A stretch of 63,868 nt of DNA, the filler included, from Nemertoderma westbladi (lineage: Eukaryota > Animalia > Xenacoelomorpha), in NCBI GenBank assembly GCA_032718475.1. It is 3 parts of 3 records of this genome, joined end to end, with 100 filler letters (N's around TTAATTAATTAA, not from the genome) between each part and the next. Parts side by side here need not be neighbours in the genome. Positions count along the whole stretch, not along the records: positions 53,897 to 63,868 come from JAUCBJ010003993.1; 2 more parts are not named here. One strand, written 5' to 3'. Under the pieces are notes generated by a model. The model was not told the DNA's origin. It made no database searches and saw nothing but the letters and a program-made list of their open reading frames with translations. A program made the position numbers and the translations under genes. Below, piece by piece: positions 61,061 to 63,868 of the stretch. Within the stretch, counting starts at the first letter, position 1; the number at the start of each line of letters is the position of its first letter.

Positions 61061-61356
61061 TTTAGTTTTTTAATTATGCATAACTTGCAATCAACCATAT
61101 AAAACCGCTTCATATTTCATTGTAACAACAATTTTGATGAGGGCTTTCAGAAAAAAATGTAATTTTTTTATTTGAAGAGTATGACATCATTTAATGACGT
61201 CATATTTGAAATACGCCGTTTCGTCAAAAAAATATCAAGGGCTTTTGCCAAAATAAGTCAAGTACTATATTTTTACTTATAGCATAAGCCCGGTTCACAA
61301 TGGAGCAATAAGGTCCTCCATTGTAATTCTGAATATAATTAATTATAGTTTTGCTA

Positions 61357-62250
61357 ACTACTACTCTACTAGGTCGAGCGAACTCGGACACTGGAAATGA
61401 GATCCTTCCAGGCTTCCCGATTCTCCATAGTTGTCGCAATTTCGTTTCTATAAGTTCTAAGTTCAGTATCCCTTTCAAGTTGATCTATATATGTAATGGC
61501 CGGTCGTCCACGACTACGCTTTCCATGAGTTGGTTGCCAGAAAAGTAGATCTGGTATGACCTCGTCTTTACTTCGCCAGCAGTGCCCACTGAATCGTAAT
61601 CTGCATTCACGGAGGGTGGTTGATACAGGTGGTATTGTACCATAAAGCTCGGCGTTTGTCATGTGTTGTCTCCAGCTGATGTTTAGGTCTGCCCTTAGTA
61701 GTCTTATGTAGCAACCATCAATTCGTTGTTCAAGTGATTTAGTCAGTGTCCAGGTCTCACCCCCGTATAAAAATACACTTTCCACTGTGGCTCGAAAGAA
61801 CTTAGTCTTCAGGTGTCTGGAGAGATCTGATTTCCAGATGGTATCCATTTTTGATAGAGCTACCCAAGCCTTTGCTTTCCTAACTTCTATGTCCTTTTTG
61901 CTACTCTCTATCCATGATTCAAGGTACTGGAAGTCGTCAACCTTCCTTAGTTTTTTACTATTATTGGTTGTCAAGTTTCCATCAACATTAAAGGTCATGA
62001 ATTCGGTCTTAGTAGCATTTATATGCAATCCAACCTCCTTAGCAGCCATCTCCACTCTATTTAGTAGAAGCTGTGCATCTGCTAGGGTATTAGAGAGCAG
62101 GGCGATGTCATCCGCAAAGTCGGTGTCTGTGACTGTAGTTGCCGGATATCTACTACTTCTGCGTTCTTGAAGTGTGAATCCCAGGTCTTCACCCTTTGTG
62201 GCTGTCCTCATTGCGTAATCCAGCACAATTACAAATAGTAATGGTGCAAC
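61357..62250 (-). mobile_element. 5'-truncated RTE LINE (different subfamily), C-terminal frame intact
   Basis: APLLFVIVLDY, DFADD, FFRATVESVFLYG, RFSGHCWR, RGRP. A (TAG)n tail directly follows the stop at 61369. Confidence 0.9.
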
Positions 62251-63015
62251 CGGCTAGAGAGAGGTTGGCGTCGTGAGCAGGCGAGCGATAAGACGTCGAG
62301 CCCAGTCAGAAGACGGAAGAAGGGCAGTGGAGTTTACCAGGAGGTCGAGGAGAGATCGAAGAGAGATCTCATGAACTGGAATGCTACACTGGAGAGAGAA
62401 GAAGTGAAGAGAATAGAAGAAGCATTGCTACGAGCGACCGGAGAGCGAGGACGGATAGCGACTGTCAGTAGTAGAGATGGAGTTGGGGAGTTGGTGGGGT
62501 CAAACTCCGGGAGATTGCCGTCGCCCCGGAGAGATGCACCACATGCCAGGAGAAGGGTACAGAATGTACCAGTATGAGGACAGGAGAGGGGATCGAAGAG
62601 AAACTTCCCGACGGGATATAGCTGCCGATCGAGAGTACGGTAGTTGCGGGGAGGACTTCTTGGACTACTCGAGAAGATTGAACTTCAGTCCGGAGGGACA
62701 CATGCAGACAGCAGGACATACTGTACCTTACTGCACATACTATAGGCCATGCTAGGAGAGATAGTGTAGGCGATATGGTAGCGCGAACGAAGGGATTAGA
62801 CCCGGAAGTCGCGGCGTATATACCGGTAGGTAGGCAGGAAGTGAATAGGCCTATATCGGTACCAGCAGAGCAGTATGACTATAATATGCAGGGACATAAC
62901 ATATATCCAGGGGAGGGGAGAGTTATTGCAGATAGGTGTATGGGCCCTAATATATTAACATCAACCCCCGTACCAAATATAACACCGGTGGGGGGGGGGG
63001 GGGGGGGGACAGGGT
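62251..63015 (+). pseudogene. Purine-rich, frameshifted coding-like fragment, possibly retroelement gag-like
   Basis: Overlapping Arg/Glu-rich short ORFs and strong strand purine bias. No diagnostic motif. Confidence 0.25.
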
Positions 63016-63421
63016 GACATTCCCCCATTACAATATCAACAATACACTCAACCAGGAATACTACCCTGAAATAATAAACCATTTCTTTATTCATCAGGTT
63101 ATCTTGGATCATCTTCTGAGCGTGCTGACTGAGTAGGGTATGCCGGAATGATTTAACGATAGTATTCCTAAACTTAAACTCCATAGTGAATGGTTCCGGT
63201 TCTAATTTGAACGGTACCGGTAGTGGAAGTGGAAGTACTGGTAGTCAGAATTTGAATACCGGTACTGGTAGTAGGCCTACTGGAAGTTGGAATAGTACAA
63301 CCAGGTATAGATATCGGAATTGTGGATTTAAGTGCGTCAGGAACTCCAATATATATATTCGCATCAGCAACTCCAATAGGACCGCCCTGAGTTGAGACAG
63401 ACCCTACCTCCAAGTTCAGGC

Positions 63422-63800
63422 CTATGGTAGATCTTCATCATTAAAGTTTTCCCCTGTAAAAAATTCGGTATCAGAATCATTCATCAAATTATCTATATCA
63501 CTGCCGGCATCTGAAGCCACTGAGTTTAAAAGTGCATAGACTTCTGGACTTGTTGGATTGGATAACTCAAATACTTTCTTTGTACCAATATCCATCACAA
63601 AAACTTGGAGCAAGACCAAATCGGAAAGTGATAGGCCTACTATCAACTTCATCACCAGATCAGTTCAGTTCAACAGTTCTACCAGAACTGATATAGTCTA
63701 AAAATGATAATATGGTCTATCATACTAACATGTACAGTCCTAATCCCAATAAGCATTAACTTGGTCATTTTGACGACCAAAATGACCAAAACGGCCAAAT
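63422..63800 (-). pseudogene. Possible piggyBac-like transposase N-terminal remnant with subterminal palindrome
   Basis: Acidic EVYALLNSVASD..SDIDNLMNDSDTEF resembles piggyBac N-termini. Palindrome TTGGTCATTTTG..CAAAATGACCAA at 63761-63789. No catalytic domain. Confidence 0.35.
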
Positions 63801-63868
63801 AAAAACTGCGGTATTCATGAAAGGGACTCTTGAGGCACGTAGGCGTGTCAATCACAGCCAGTGAATAG

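Overview
AT-rich eukaryotic (invertebrate-animal-like) genomic DNA, not prokaryotic. It is three contigs joined by artificial 100-bp N/TTAATTAATTAA/N linkers (27427-27526, 53797-53896), so adjacency across them is unproven. About a third of the window is minisatellite arrays (16-30 bp units, the largest an ~8.2 kb near-perfect 26-mer array). Most of the rest is nested transposable elements: a putative LTR retroelement with a 435-codon ORF running off the left edge and missed by the ORF track; hAT, Helentron-like and MITE insertions; CRE, RTE, L2/CR1-group and a near-intact two-ORF Proto2/RTEX-like LINE; a deleted Copia; tRNA-derived SINEs; and hAT, tyrosine-recombinase, BEN and piggyBac-like remnants. 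Host-gene content is limited to two N-terminal segments of natriuretic-peptide-receptor/receptor-guanylyl-cyclase-type genes and a possible Pro-rich exon. Most notable: a conserved, repeated ~123-nt foldable RNA motif in the retroelement terminal region; a palindromic twin tRNA-SINE bracketed by a 12-bp direct repeat; an in-frame ~230-aa Pro-rich minisatellite inside a LINE ORF2; and two receptor first-exon segments with no visible downstream exons between them. All family calls come from motif recognition by eye, not database searches.
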